A stretch of 32,000 bases of DNA from Patescibacteria group bacterium (GTDB taxonomy: Bacteria > Patescibacteriota > Patescibacteriia > 2-01-FULL-39-33): positions 212,908-244,907 of the forward strand of contig JBAZMW010000001.1 of NCBI GenBank assembly GCA_041649575.1, written 5' to 3'. Under the pieces are notes generated by a model. The model worked only from the letters and a program-made list of their open reading frames with translations. It was not told the origin of the DNA and did not search any database. Numbering within the stretch: position 1 is the first letter of the stretch; each line of letters opens with the position of its first letter. Positions 17,503-26,635 of the stretch are shown here, one piece after another. The position numbers and the translations under genes were made by a program.

Positions 17503-19590
17503 ATGTCAAAAAACAACAAGCTGAACAAATTTTTTCATCCCAAAAGCATTGCTTTAATCGGCGCTTCCAATCATGCTGGCAAGGTGGGTTATGACATCAT
17601 GCTTAACTTGTTAAAGAATTTCGACGGAGAAATTTATCCGATAAATTTGGATGACAAAGAAGTTCAGGGCAAAAAGGCTTACCCGACAGTCACCAAATTA
17701 AAGGCAGCTCCGGATTTAGTGATTATTGTTATTCCGGCAGCTTTTGTTATCAAAGCAGTGACGGAATGTGGCCAGAAAGGTTGTAAAAACATCGTGATTA
17801 TTTCTGCCGGCTTTAAGGAAGCAGGCGAAGAGGGAGTGAGGCTGGAGAAGCAACTGGTCGATTTAAAGAAAAAATATAAGTTAAAAATATTGGGGCCAAA
17901 CTGCCTGGGTTATATTTCCACCAGTCCGGAGGTCAACGCTTCTTTTGCCAGGAGTTTTCCGCCCAAAGGCAAGGTGGCTTTTGTGTCGCAGTCCGGCGCT
18001 TTGGGTACGGCGGTTTTGGATATGGCCGAAGCGCAACAAGTCGGCCTGTCTTATTTCGTCAGCTTGGGCAATAAATGTGATTTAAGTGAACTAGACTTAT
18101 TGCTCTATCTTAAAGATCATACTCCGACCAAGGTGATTACTATGTATTTAGAAAATATTATTGCTGGCCAGAAGTTCATGGCCTTGGCCAAAGAAGTGGC
18201 CAGAAAAAAACCAATAATTGTTTTGAAATCGGGCAAGACCGAAAAAGGACAGCGAGCGGTTTCTTCGCATACCGGCTCTTTGGCCGGTTCGGCTCGGGCC
18301 TACAGTACCGCTTTCAGCCAGTGCGGAATCATTGAAGCCGAAGATCTGGAGGACTTTTTCAACTATGCCGAAGGCTTGGCTTATCAGCCGCTACCCGCCG
18401 GCAAAAGGGTGGCGGTGATTACCAATGCCGGAGGACCGGGGATACTGGTGACCGACTTGTTGCCGCCACACGGTTTGGAATTAGCAGAACTGTCTGGCGT
18501 CACTTTAAAAAGATTAAAAACCACTTTGCCGCCGGCGGCCAATATCCACAATCCAGTTGACGTTTTGGGCGATGCCAAAGCCGATCGCTACGCTTTGGCG
18601 ATCGAGGCGGCCCTAAAAGACAAAAACGTCGATAGTCTGATCGTGGTTTTGACGCCGCAGAAGATGACAGAAATAAAACAGACGGCCGAGGCGGCTGGAC
18701 GCTTGAGCCGCAAATACAAAAAAACCACCGCTTTGTGTTTTATGGGCGAGGCGGAAATTACCAAATATTATGATGTTTACAAAAAATATTCCCTGCCGCA
18801 GTTTAATTTTCCGCTGCAGGCGGTAAAAGTTTTGGGAAAAATGTGGCAATACAGCTGGCAAAAGACACAAACGGTTTCCCAAAAGACATTTTTTAAACCG
18901 GACAAAAAAATGATTAATCAGGGAAACAAACTTTTGCGGAAAAAGGAAATAACCGAAGATAGCGCCAGAGAAATTTTGGCCCGGTTTGACTTTCCTTTGC
19001 ATCGGGCGCTACTGGTTAAAAATGTTCAGCCAGCAATCTTAGCAGCCAAGAAAATTGGCTACCCCATCGCTCTGAAGGTGGTATCGCCACAGGTGATACA
19101 CAAGTCAGAGGCCGGAGGGGTAAAGATTAATATAAAAAGCGATGAAGAGCTGAAAAAGGCGGTTTTGGAGATGAAAGAAAAAGTTTTAAAGAAGTATCCG
19201 CAAGCCAAAATTAATGGTTATTTGGTGGGGGAGATGGTCAAAGGGCTGGAGCTGATTATTGGCATGAAGCGTGATCCGCAATTCGGGCCGCTACTGATGG
19301 TTGGTTTGGGCGGAATTTATACTGAAGTTTTCCAGGACGTGGCTTTTGGTATTGCGCCGCTGCAAAAGGAAGCCGCCTTAAAGATGATCGGGAGCTTAAA
19401 AATCTATCCGATTATGAAAGGAGTTCGTGGTCAGCGGGCGGCGGACATCGAGGCGCTGGCAGAGATCATAGTAAAATTGTCGGAATTTAGTTTGAATTAT
19501 CCGCAAATCAAAGAAATTGATTTTAATCCGGTGATACTGAAAGCCAAGGGCCAGGGCGGCACAATTGTAGATCTGCGGCTATTAAAATAA
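17503..19590 (+). CDS. Acetate/acyl-CoA ligase (ADP-forming), fused CoA-binding and ATP-grasp subunits
   Basis: FFHPKSIALIGASNHAGKVGYDIMLNL, GPNCLGYIS, FVSQSGALG, SSHTGSLAGS, YPIALKVVSPQVIHKSEAGGVKINI. Confidence 0.93.
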   Translation: MSKNNKLNKFFHPKSIALIGASNHAGKVGYDIMLNLLKNFDGEIYPINLDDKEVQGKKAYPTVTKLKAAPDLVIIVIPAAFVIKAVTECGQKGCKNIVIISAGFKEAGEEGVRLEKQLVDLKKKYKLKILGPNCLGYISTSPEVNASFARSFPPKGKVAFVSQSGALGTAVLDMAEAQQVGLSYFVSLGNKCDLSELDLLLYLKDHTPTKVITMYLENIIAGQKFMALAKEVARKKPIIVLKSGKTEKGQRAVSSHTGSLAGSARAYSTAFSQCGIIEAEDLEDFFNYAEGLAYQPLPAGKRVAVITNAGGPGILVTDLLPPHGLELAELSGVTLKRLKTTLPPAANIHNPVDVLGDAKADRYALAIEAALKDKNVDSLIVVLTPQKMTEIKQTAEAAGRLSRKYKKTTALCFMGEAEITKYYDVYKKYSLPQFNFPLQAVKVLGKMWQYSWQKTQTVSQKTFFKPDKKMINQGNKLLRKKEITEDSAREILARFDFPLHRALLVKNVQPAILAAKKIGYPIALKVVSPQVIHKSEAGGVKINIKSDEELKKAVLEMKEKVLKKYPQAKINGYLVGEMVKGLELIIGMKRDPQFGPLLMVGLGGIYTEVFQDVAFGIAPLQKEAALKMIGSLKIYPIMKGVRGQRAADIEALAEIIVKLSEFSLNYPQIKEIDFNPVILKAKGQGGTIVDLRLLK

Positions 19591-19598
19591 TTAACCGG

Positions 19599-21290
19599 GT
19601 GTTTAAAAGATTAATCAACTCTAATTCAAAGTCAATTACTTCGGCGGCGATAATTATCGGCGGCCTGTCTTTGGTCAGTCGTTTGGTGGGAATTTTGCGG
19701 GACAGAATTTTGGCCAGTGAGTTCGGAGCCGGCGACGTGCTAGACGCCTACTATGCCGCTTTTCGCCTGCCGGACTTTGTTTACAATTTGATAATCCTAG
19801 GCGCGGTTTCGGCGGGGTTGATACCGGTGTTTACCTCGCTATTGACTAAAAATCAGAAACAAGAAGCCTGGAAGCTCATAAATAGCATCCTTAATTTGTT
19901 ATCTATCGGACTGATTGTCGCTTGCGTAATTCTTTTTATTACGGCGCCGTGGCTGATGCCTTTGGTCACGCCAGGATTTTCTCAAGCCAAACTGAAGCTG
20001 GTGGTTGGATTGTCGCAAATTATGTTTTTAAGCCCGATATTTTTGGGAATATCGGCAATTTTTGGTTCGGTTTTACAATCCTTTAGGCGGTTTTTTGCCT
20101 ATTCCATCGCACCGATTTTTTATAATGTCGGCATCATTATTGGCGCTCTATTTTTCGTCAAGTGGTGGGGTGTTTATGGCCTGGCCTGGGGCGTGGTTCT
20201 GGGCGCCCTGCTTCACCTGATTATTCAATTGGCCCCGATTTTTTTGACCGGTTATAAATATACCCTTGACCTAAATTTAAAAAATAAAAACGTTATTCAG
20301 GTTGGCAAATTAATGTTGCCGCGGACTTTGAGCCTGCTGATTACTCAAATCAATTTTTTGATCATTACCATAGTGGCTTCAACCCTGGCAGTCGGCAGTT
20401 TGGCGATTTTTAATTTATCGAATAATTTACAGAATTTCCCGTTGGGAATTTTTGGCGTCTCGCTGGCGGTGGCGGCCTTACCGGTTTTGTCTTCGCTCTG
20501 GGCCGAGAAGAAAAAAAATGAATTTGTGGCCACTATTTCCACTACTTTCAGGCAGACGTTGTTTTTTATTGTGCCAACTTCGGTGTTAATGTACGTGCTT
20601 AGGGCGCAAATCGTCCGCGTTATTTTGGGCGCCGGCAATTTCAATTGGTACGACACCAGATTAACCGCAGCCAGTTTGGCAATTTTTTGCCTGGGACTGT
20701 TCGCCCAAGGCGCTTTCCCTCTGATTATTCGCGGTTTTTATGCCTTGCATAACACCAAAACCCCGTTCTACATTGGCCTGGCCACCATGGTTGTCAATTT
20801 TTTATCACTGATATTTTTCCGCTGGCTTTATAGTTTTCATAACGGCTGGTTGTTTTTTACCACGGCGATTTTGAGAATTGACGATTTGTCGCAACTAGTG
20901 GATTTCCGGGTTTTGGCTCTGCCGGCGGCAATCACGGTTTCTTCGGTTTTTGAATTATTGGCGCTGATGATTTATCTAAGAAAAATAATTGGGCGGCTGG
21001 ACGGCCGGAAAATTTTGGATTCGGTTTTCAGAATCTTATTTGCTTCCTTGGGGGCGGGACTGTTTGCCTACGGCACCTTGCAGATTATGGAGAAGTTTGT
21101 GCGGACCGAAACTTTCGTTGGTATTTTTACCCAAGGCTTATTGGCCGGGCTAATTGGTTTGGCCGGTTATTGGCTGATAGGATTTTTGTTGCGGATGGAG
21201 GAAATGGCGATTTTTATGTCTTCGATAAAACGCAAACTGTTTAAGTCGGCGCGGGTAGTGGCTGAAGATAATCTGGGTGAAGCGGATTAA
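19599..21290 (+). CDS. murJ: Lipid II flippase MurJ/MviN family
   Basis: GGLSLVSRLVGILRDRILASEFGAGDVLDAYYAAFRLPDFVYNLIILGAVSAGLIPVF; multiple TM segments; GTG start. Confidence 0.93.
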   Translation: MFKRLINSNSKSITSAAIIIGGLSLVSRLVGILRDRILASEFGAGDVLDAYYAAFRLPDFVYNLIILGAVSAGLIPVFTSLLTKNQKQEAWKLINSILNLLSIGLIVACVILFITAPWLMPLVTPGFSQAKLKLVVGLSQIMFLSPIFLGISAIFGSVLQSFRRFFAYSIAPIFYNVGIIIGALFFVKWWGVYGLAWGVVLGALLHLIIQLAPIFLTGYKYTLDLNLKNKNVIQVGKLMLPRTLSLLITQINFLIITIVASTLAVGSLAIFNLSNNLQNFPLGIFGVSLAVAALPVLSSLWAEKKKNEFVATISTTFRQTLFFIVPTSVLMYVLRAQIVRVILGAGNFNWYDTRLTAASLAIFCLGLFAQGAFPLIIRGFYALHNTKTPFYIGLATMVVNFLSLIFFRWLYSFHNGWLFFTTAILRIDDLSQLVDFRVLALPAAITVSSVFELLALMIYLRKIIGRLDGRKILDSVFRILFASLGAGLFAYGTLQIMEKFVRTETFVGIFTQGLLAGLIGLAGYWLIGFLLRMEEMAIFMSSIKRKLFKSARVVAEDNLGEAD

Positions 21291-21377
21291 TTTTTTTTTC
21301 TTAAAATAAACAAGCCAGCGATACTCTTCTCCGAAGAGAAATTTCTCGCTGGCAGGTAGTTCGTGGCTTTGCAGCCT

Positions 21378-21572
21378 TTAGGGAGGTGGTAGTTCGTTCA
21401 TCAGGTTGGCCACAAGCATCAGCACGATGCCAATGGCGACTGCGACGGCTATGACCGTTTTGACCAGCCTTGTTTTGCGGCGGAAACGAAGGAAGAGGAA
21501 GTCGATGAGGAAGACGACTGCGCACAGGACGAGGCCGCCCCAAAACATTACGCTAGCCCAGTTGATATTCAT
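21378..21572 (-). CDS. Small two-TM membrane protein
   Basis: MNINWASVMFWGGLVLCAVVFLIDFLFLRFRRKTRLVKTVIAVAVAIGIVLMLVANL; AGGAG upstream; own TTGACA-N17-TAAAAT promoter. Confidence 0.65.
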   Translation of the reverse strand: MNINWASVMFWGGLVLCAVVFLIDFLFLRFRRKTRLVKTVIAVAVAIGIVLMLVANLMNELPPP

Positions 21573-21633
21573 AGTAACGCTCCTGTCGGCTTAGAGCCGG
21601 TTGATGGCCATGGCTTCGAAAGTACAACAAACA

Positions 21634-21662
21634 ATTTTAGCAAATAGATTTATATTTGTCAA
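21634..21662 (-). promoter_or_regulatory. Promoter for 21378-21572
   Basis: Reverse strand TTGACA-N17-TAAAAT. Confidence 0.7.
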
Positions 21663-21681
21663 TTCAATTTTTATAAAAAAA

Positions 21682-21911
21682 TGACGGGGCACGATCCTTG
21701 CGGACGTACCCCTGACATGTAGTCGGATTTCTCCACACCGCGGCGGTGCGAAGAGCGCCTGCAGACTACATTGCATGTCTTTGGCCGACTCGCCGGTTAG
21801 AGCGAGTTGTCGGAGCACCATGGTTGGGCCCGTTGCATAAGACCTGTGCAACGGACCGATGGTTACCCCTAGGCAGAGATAGGTGCTCTGTCTCACCTAG
21901 AAAGTACTAAC
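21682..21911 (-). ncRNA. Candidate ~230 nt structured non-coding RNA
   Basis: Own TTGACA-N17-TATAAT promoter, at least four helices, intrinsic terminator GGGGTACGTCC-GCAA-GGATCGTGCCCC + T7; no credible ORF. Confidence 0.65.
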
Positions 21912-21917
21912 ATAGCC

Positions 21918-21946
21918 ATTATAGCACACAGGTATATTTTTGTCAA
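21918..21946 (-). promoter_or_regulatory. Promoter of candidate ncRNA
   Basis: Reverse strand TTGACA-N17-TATAAT, exact consensus boxes. Confidence 0.85.
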
Positions 21947-22012
21947 TAGCCATTTATTGATAATTTATATAAATTTGTTAAATATTATCTAAATTTAAAC
22001 AAAATAAAATAT

Positions 22013-22041
22013 TTGATAAAGACGGTATTTTTTGCTAAAAT
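22013..22041 (+). promoter_or_regulatory. Promoter of lepA
   Basis: TTGATA-N17-TAAAAT, about 20 nt upstream of ATG. Confidence 0.6.
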
Positions 22042-22060
22042 CTAATAATATCTTTATCTT

Positions 22061-23833
22061 ATGAATAACAATATACGCAACTTCTGTATTATTGCCCACA
22101 TCGACCACGGTAAGTCCACTTTGGCCGACCGAATGCTAGAAATTACCGGCACAGTCAGTAAACGCGAGATGAAAGACCAGCTGTTGGATCAAATGGATAT
22201 TGAGCGAGAAAGAGGAATTACTATTAAACTCCAACCGGTGCGGATGAATTATCAGGGTTATGAGCTTAATTTAATTGACACGCCGGGTCATGTGGATTTT
22301 ACTTACGAAGTTTCGCGCAGTCTAATGGCTGTGGAAGGAGCTTTGCTTTTGGTTGATGCCACTCAAGGGGTGCAGGCGCAAACCCTGGCTAATTTGTATT
22401 TGGCCCTGGAGTATGATTTAAAAATTATACCCGTGATTAATAAAATCGATTTGCCTAATGCGCAGGTGGAAAAGACAGTCGAAGAAATTATAAATTTACT
22501 GGGCTGTTCACGAGAAGATATTTATAATACTTCCGGCAAAACCGGTCAAGGAGTGGAAGAAATAATCAAAGCCGTTATCAGCAAAGTGCCGGCGCCCAAA
22601 AAAGAAGAAAGCCGGCCGCTTAAATGCTTGATTTTTGATTCGGTTTATGACGAATATCGAGGGGCGATAGCTTATGTCAGAGTTTTTGAAGGTAAGATAA
22701 AAAATGGCGACAAGATAAAATTCGTTTCCAATGATTTGCCGATTGAGGCGCTGGAAGTCGGCCACTTCGCTCCCAAGCATATAAAGGATCAGGAGTTGGC
22801 TGCCGGCGAAATCGGTTATATCGTCACCGGGCTGCATGAGGTGGCGCAATGCAAGGTCGGCGATACCATCACTTTGGCGGCAGACGAGGTAGAGGCCCTG
22901 CCGGGATATAAAGAGGTCAAGCCGATGGTCTACGCCGGAGTTTTTTGCAAAGACGGCAGCGATTTTTCTCGCCTCAGAGAGGCGATAGAAAAATTAAAAC
23001 TCAATGACGCCGCCCTGGCTTATGAGCCGGAAAATTCGCAGGCCTTGGGTTTTGGTTTCCGTTGTGGCTTTTTGGGGTTGCTTCATCTGGAAATATTTCA
23101 GGAGCGGCTGAAGCGGGAGTTTGGATTGGAACTGGTAGTGACTGTGCCAAGCGTGGCTTTCAAGGGTTACTTCAAAAATGGCAAAGAAGAAATCGTTTAT
23201 AATCCGGCCGCTTTTCCCGACCCAACTTTTATCGAGCAGGTGGAGGAGCCGATTATGAAAGTCGATATCTTCACTCCCAAGGATTATTTGGGGGGAGTAA
23301 TGCAGCTGGCCGCGGAGAAAAGAGGAGTTTATTTAAACACCGAGTATCTGGATGAAGATTTGGCGGTGATACACTATCATCTGCCTTTAACGCAACTGAT
23401 TGTTGATTTTTATGACAGGCTAAAATCAATTTCCTCCGGTTACGCCTCGCTTAATTATGATTTTTATGGTTATCAGAAAACCGAGGTGGTAAAAATGGAT
23501 ATTCTGGTGGCTGAAGAAAAAGTGGAGGCGCTTTCAATTATTACTTACCAAGACACCGCCTATCAGGTTGGCAAAAAAATCGTGGAGATTTTAAAAGATG
23601 TTTTGCCGCGCCAGCAGTTTGTGGTGAAAATTCAGGCGGCAGTGGGCGGCAAAGTCATTGCCGCTGAAAGGATCTCGGCCTTAAAAAAAGACGTGACAGC
23701 CAAGCTCTATGGCGGTGACTGGACGCGGCGGGCCAAATTACTTGAGAAGCAGAAAAAAGGCAAGAAAAAGATGATGAATTTGGGTAAAGTGGATATTCCC
23801 ACCGAAGCCTTCCTGGCGGTTTTAAAAAGGTAA
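22061..23833 (+). CDS. lepA: Elongation factor 4 (LepA)
   Basis: IRNFCIIAHIDHGKSTLADRMLEITGTV, DTPGHVDFTYEVSRSL, FCKDGSDFSRLREAIEKLKLNDAAL, YGGDWTRRAKLLEKQKKGKKKM. Confidence 0.98.
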   Translation: MNNNIRNFCIIAHIDHGKSTLADRMLEITGTVSKREMKDQLLDQMDIERERGITIKLQPVRMNYQGYELNLIDTPGHVDFTYEVSRSLMAVEGALLLVDATQGVQAQTLANLYLALEYDLKIIPVINKIDLPNAQVEKTVEEIINLLGCSREDIYNTSGKTGQGVEEIIKAVISKVPAPKKEESRPLKCLIFDSVYDEYRGAIAYVRVFEGKIKNGDKIKFVSNDLPIEALEVGHFAPKHIKDQELAAGEIGYIVTGLHEVAQCKVGDTITLAADEVEALPGYKEVKPMVYAGVFCKDGSDFSRLREAIEKLKLNDAALAYEPENSQALGFGFRCGFLGLLHLEIFQERLKREFGLELVVTVPSVAFKGYFKNGKEEIVYNPAAFPDPTFIEQVEEPIMKVDIFTPKDYLGGVMQLAAEKRGVYLNTEYLDEDLAVIHYHLPLTQLIVDFYDRLKSISSGYASLNYDFYGYQKTEVVKMDILVAEEKVEALSIITYQDTAYQVGKKIVEILKDVLPRQQFVVKIQAAVGGKVIAAERISALKKDVTAKLYGGDWTRRAKLLEKQKKGKKKMMNLGKVDIPTEAFLAVLKR

Positions 23834-23876
23834 TGGTCGTTATTGTTTTATTAGTCTCTTAAAATGACCAAAAATT

Positions 23877-23903
23877 CAAAAACCCCCGGATTAACGGGGG
23901 TTG
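23877..23903 (-). terminator. Terminator on - strand (fits small gene 23927-24031)
   Basis: AACCCCCG-gattaa-CGGGGGTT with T-rich tract on the - strand side. Confidence 0.6.
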
Positions 23904-23926
23904 GGGCACGACTACTTAAGGGAAAA

Positions 23927-24031
23927 CTAATAGAACAGCGGCATAGCGGTGAAAAATAACATCGACAAAATCATTAAAAAAGCCACAATAATCCAAGCCA
24001 CTCTCATTAATTGTTTCTTTTTCATTTTCAT
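23927..24031 (-). CDS. 34-aa single-TM microprotein, probably leaderless
   Basis: Reverse strand ATGAAAATGAAAAAG... encodes MKMKKKQLMRVAWIIVAFLMILSMLFFTAMPLFY; ATG sits 7 nt past TATAAT of a TTGACA-N17-TATAAT promoter; terminator follows. Absent from supplied ORF track. Confidence 0.6.
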   Translation of the reverse strand: MKMKKKQLMRVAWIIVAFLMILSMLFFTAMPLFY

Positions 24032-24037
24032 ATTCAA

Positions 24038-24066
24038 ATTATAATTCTAATTTTTAAAAATGTCAA
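24038..24066 (-). promoter_or_regulatory. Promoter of the microprotein, overlapping the recJ start
   Basis: Reverse strand TTGACA-N17-TATAAT, exact consensus boxes. Confidence 0.75.
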
Positions 24067-25814
24067 AAAATTGGCAAGTAATACCTAAGGTCACCAAAGA
24101 TTTTATTGATAAATTTCCCGAGATCAATAATGTCGTTTTGCAGCTTTTGGCTAATCGCGGTTTAAGCAGTCAGGAAGATGTTGACAATTTTTTGTTTCCC
24201 AATTACGAAGAGCAGGCCTTGGATCCGTTTTTGTTCAAGGATATGCCTAAAGCGGTGGAACGGGTCTTGCTGGCCTGGCAAAAAAAACAAAAAGTGATGA
24301 TCTTTGGCGATTACGACGCCGACGGGGTTTGTTCGACGGTGCTGCTTTTTTTGACTCTGAAAGCCCTGGGACTGGAAGTGGAGACCTATATTCCGTTTCG
24401 AGAAGGAGAGGGCTATGGATTGAATACTAAAGTTGTTCAGCAATTTATCGAGCAGGGTTATGAGCTTTTGATTACCGTCGATTGCGGCGTGTCTAATAAA
24501 AACGAGATAGAAATTCTAAACGACGGAAAAGTAGACGTTATTATTTTGGATCATCATGAGGAGCCGATTGAATTGCCGTCGGCGCTGGCGATTATTAACC
24601 CGGCCTTAAAGACTAGCGGCTATCCAGAGATTGAGCTCTGCGGGGCGGGTGTGGCTTTCAAATTCGTGCAGGCGTTGATGAAAGAACAGGAGCGAACCAA
24701 CAGCCCCATAAAATTGCCGACCGGCTTTGATAAATGGCTACTAGACTTGGTGGCCGTGGCTACCGTTGGCGATATGGTGCCGCTAATCAAGGAAAATAGA
24801 ATTTTTGTCAAATATGGATTGACTGTTCTAGCCAAGACCAAAAATTTGGGATTGAAAAAATTGATGGAAACAATCAACAATAAAACGGGGAGATATGATG
24901 CTGAATATCTGGGTTGGCGGGTGGTGCCAAGAATTAACGCGGCTGGAAGAATCAAACACGCTTCGGTGGCCTTTAATTTATTGACCAGCAGCAGCAAGGA
25001 AGAGGCGGCCAAGTGGGTGGAAATTTTAGAAAACAACAATACGCAACGACAGCAGATAACTGAAAAAATTCTAGAACAAGCCGTTTATCAAATCGGCGAA
25101 GTTAAAGCCGAAGAAAAAATTTTATTTGCCTCTGGCGACGAGTGGTCGGCCGGGGTGGTGGGGCTGGTGGCTGGAAAAATTTGCGATCGCCACTATCGTC
25201 CCACCTTGGTTTTTAGCCGTGAAAAGGAAGGAGAAAAAATAAAGTATGTCGGCTCGGGTAGGAGCATCGAGGAATTTGATATTACAGCCGGTCTCAAAGA
25301 ATGCCATGAATTTTTGGCTCGTTATGGCGGTCATCCCCAGGCCTGCGGCTTGACGATTTTAGGCGAGGATAATTTTAATAATTTCAAACAAAGAATAACG
25401 GCTTTAGCGCAAAAACAATTGGCTGGTGTGGATTTAATGTCCAGATTAATAATCGAGGCCGAAGTGAAGTTGGCGGATATCAATTGGGAATTGGCTGACG
25501 AGCTGGAAAAGTTTGAGCCTTATGGCGAAGGCAATAGAAAACCGCTGCTAGCGGCTTTTGGTTTAAAGGTTGAAAGAGTTGATACTGTCGGGCAGGATGG
25601 CAAACATCTAAGGATGATGGTTAGCCAGGACGACCCGCAAACTCCAATTCGTCCCGATTGGAAAAAGTTGATCGGTTTTTCCTTCGGGGATTGGTGCGCC
25701 AAACTCAAAGTTGGAGAGGAGATTGATATTGTTTTTGAGTTGGGGGTTAATGAGTGGAACGGGAATAGGGAATTGCAATTAAAAATCATTGACTTAAAAT
25801 TGAGTGAAAAATAA
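24060..25814 (+). CDS. recJ: Single-stranded-DNA-specific exonuclease RecJ
   Basis: VMIFGDYDADGVCSTVLL, ITVDCGVSN, IILDHHE, FEPYGEGNRKP. Confidence 0.95.
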   Translation: MSKNWQVIPKVTKDFIDKFPEINNVVLQLLANRGLSSQEDVDNFLFPNYEEQALDPFLFKDMPKAVERVLLAWQKKQKVMIFGDYDADGVCSTVLLFLTLKALGLEVETYIPFREGEGYGLNTKVVQQFIEQGYELLITVDCGVSNKNEIEILNDGKVDVIILDHHEEPIELPSALAIINPALKTSGYPEIELCGAGVAFKFVQALMKEQERTNSPIKLPTGFDKWLLDLVAVATVGDMVPLIKENRIFVKYGLTVLAKTKNLGLKKLMETINNKTGRYDAEYLGWRVVPRINAAGRIKHASVAFNLLTSSSKEEAAKWVEILENNNTQRQQITEKILEQAVYQIGEVKAEEKILFASGDEWSAGVVGLVAGKICDRHYRPTLVFSREKEGEKIKYVGSGRSIEEFDITAGLKECHEFLARYGGHPQACGLTILGEDNFNNFKQRITALAQKQLAGVDLMSRLIIEAEVKLADINWELADELEKFEPYGEGNRKPLLAAFGLKVERVDTVGQDGKHLRMMVSQDDPQTPIRPDWKKLIGFSFGDWCAKLKVGEEIDIVFELGVNEWNGNRELQLKIIDLKLSEK

Positions 25815-25886
25815 ACAAGGAGTGTCAATGTTGGCACTCCTTGGTAAAGGACGGGTGGTATTCTGGCGTGGCGTTCTAGGCCCCCA

Positions 25887-26477
25887 TCAAGTTGCCGGCG
25901 GCAGCTTGATGGTGTAACTATTTAGAGCCGTGAGCAGTTCTTGAGGCGGGCCGTCGAAACCGATGGCTAGAATCTTTAGAACGAACGACTCTTTGTTTCG
26001 GAGCCACCAAGCATCTCCCGGGCTTAGCGGTTCTCTGGCGAAGTACTTGGCCAGGACGTCGATGCTCGCCTGAAGAGAAGAGAGCTCTTGAGGCAGGCCT
26101 TTCCTTGTCGGGTGGCCAGAGAGCTTGATCCGGCGGTCGTCCATAGTTATTCGCGCCTGGTAGTAGAGCTTGTCCCACAGACGGCTTGGCGTTTGGTAGT
26201 GAAATTTGCCCCACCAATAGCTGTTGTCGTCCGGCCGAATTTTTCTGGCAATCGGTAGCACTTTCGCCTGCTTGGTTCTTAGCCACCAGGCTTGTTCAGG
26301 GTACACAGCGTTGTCCTGAAAGTAGTAGTTTAGGATCTCGACCTTCCATTCGTATTGCGGGTCGGGTGGTGCCAGCGGGAAAAGCCGCGAGCCGGCCCAA
26401 CCGCAAAGCACAACCTCGACAATCAGAAACAGCACCAGGGCATGACGATCCCTCATAGAAAGTTCAATTCCATTCAT
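25887..26477 (-). CDS. Hypothetical protein with two internal WWLR repeats, N-terminal TM/signal
   Basis: GAGGGAGGGAG upstream of ATG; TTGACA-N18-TAAAAT promoter upstream; repeated ...xxxLxxYFxxxxxxPxxAWWLR. Confidence 0.7.
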   Translation of the reverse strand: MNGIELSMRDRHALVLFLIVEVVLCGWAGSRLFPLAPPDPQYEWKVEILNYYFQDNAVYPEQAWWLRTKQAKVLPIARKIRPDDNSYWWGKFHYQTPSRLWDKLYYQARITMDDRRIKLSGHPTRKGLPQELSSLQASIDVLAKYFAREPLSPGDAWWLRNKESFVLKILAIGFDGPPQELLTALNSYTIKLPPAT

Positions 26478-26545
26478 GGTTCTCTCCCTCCCTCGCCAAG
26501 GCGCGGGTGATTGAAGTTAGAAGCGGTCGACCGTCGACCGTCCTT

Positions 26546-26575
26546 ATTTTACAGTCAAAATTCTTAATTTGTCAA
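26546..26575 (-). promoter_or_regulatory. Promoter for 25887-26477
   Basis: Reverse strand TTGACA-N18-TAAAAT. Confidence 0.6.
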
Positions 26576-26635
26576 TTAAAATTATTAGTAAAATATGGTA
26601 TGATAAAAGAGACAAGGCGGTTAAAAAATCAACTT

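Noticed and set aside
18613-19002. 129-aa antisense ORF within the acyl-CoA synthetase
   Set aside because: Shadow ORF fully inside a well-supported gene.
21591-21896. 101-aa ORF on the - strand
   Set aside because: Overlaps the hairpin-rich ncRNA candidate, its terminator and the next promoter; no SD and no protein-like pattern.
24620-25039. 139-aa antisense ORF within recJ
   Set aside because: Shadow ORF, Ser/Leu-rich, no promoter or SD support.
26186-26458. 90-aa + strand ORF antisense to 25887-26477
   Set aside because: The - strand gene has promoter, SD and an internal protein repeat; the + frame has none. The same applies to 25918-26286.
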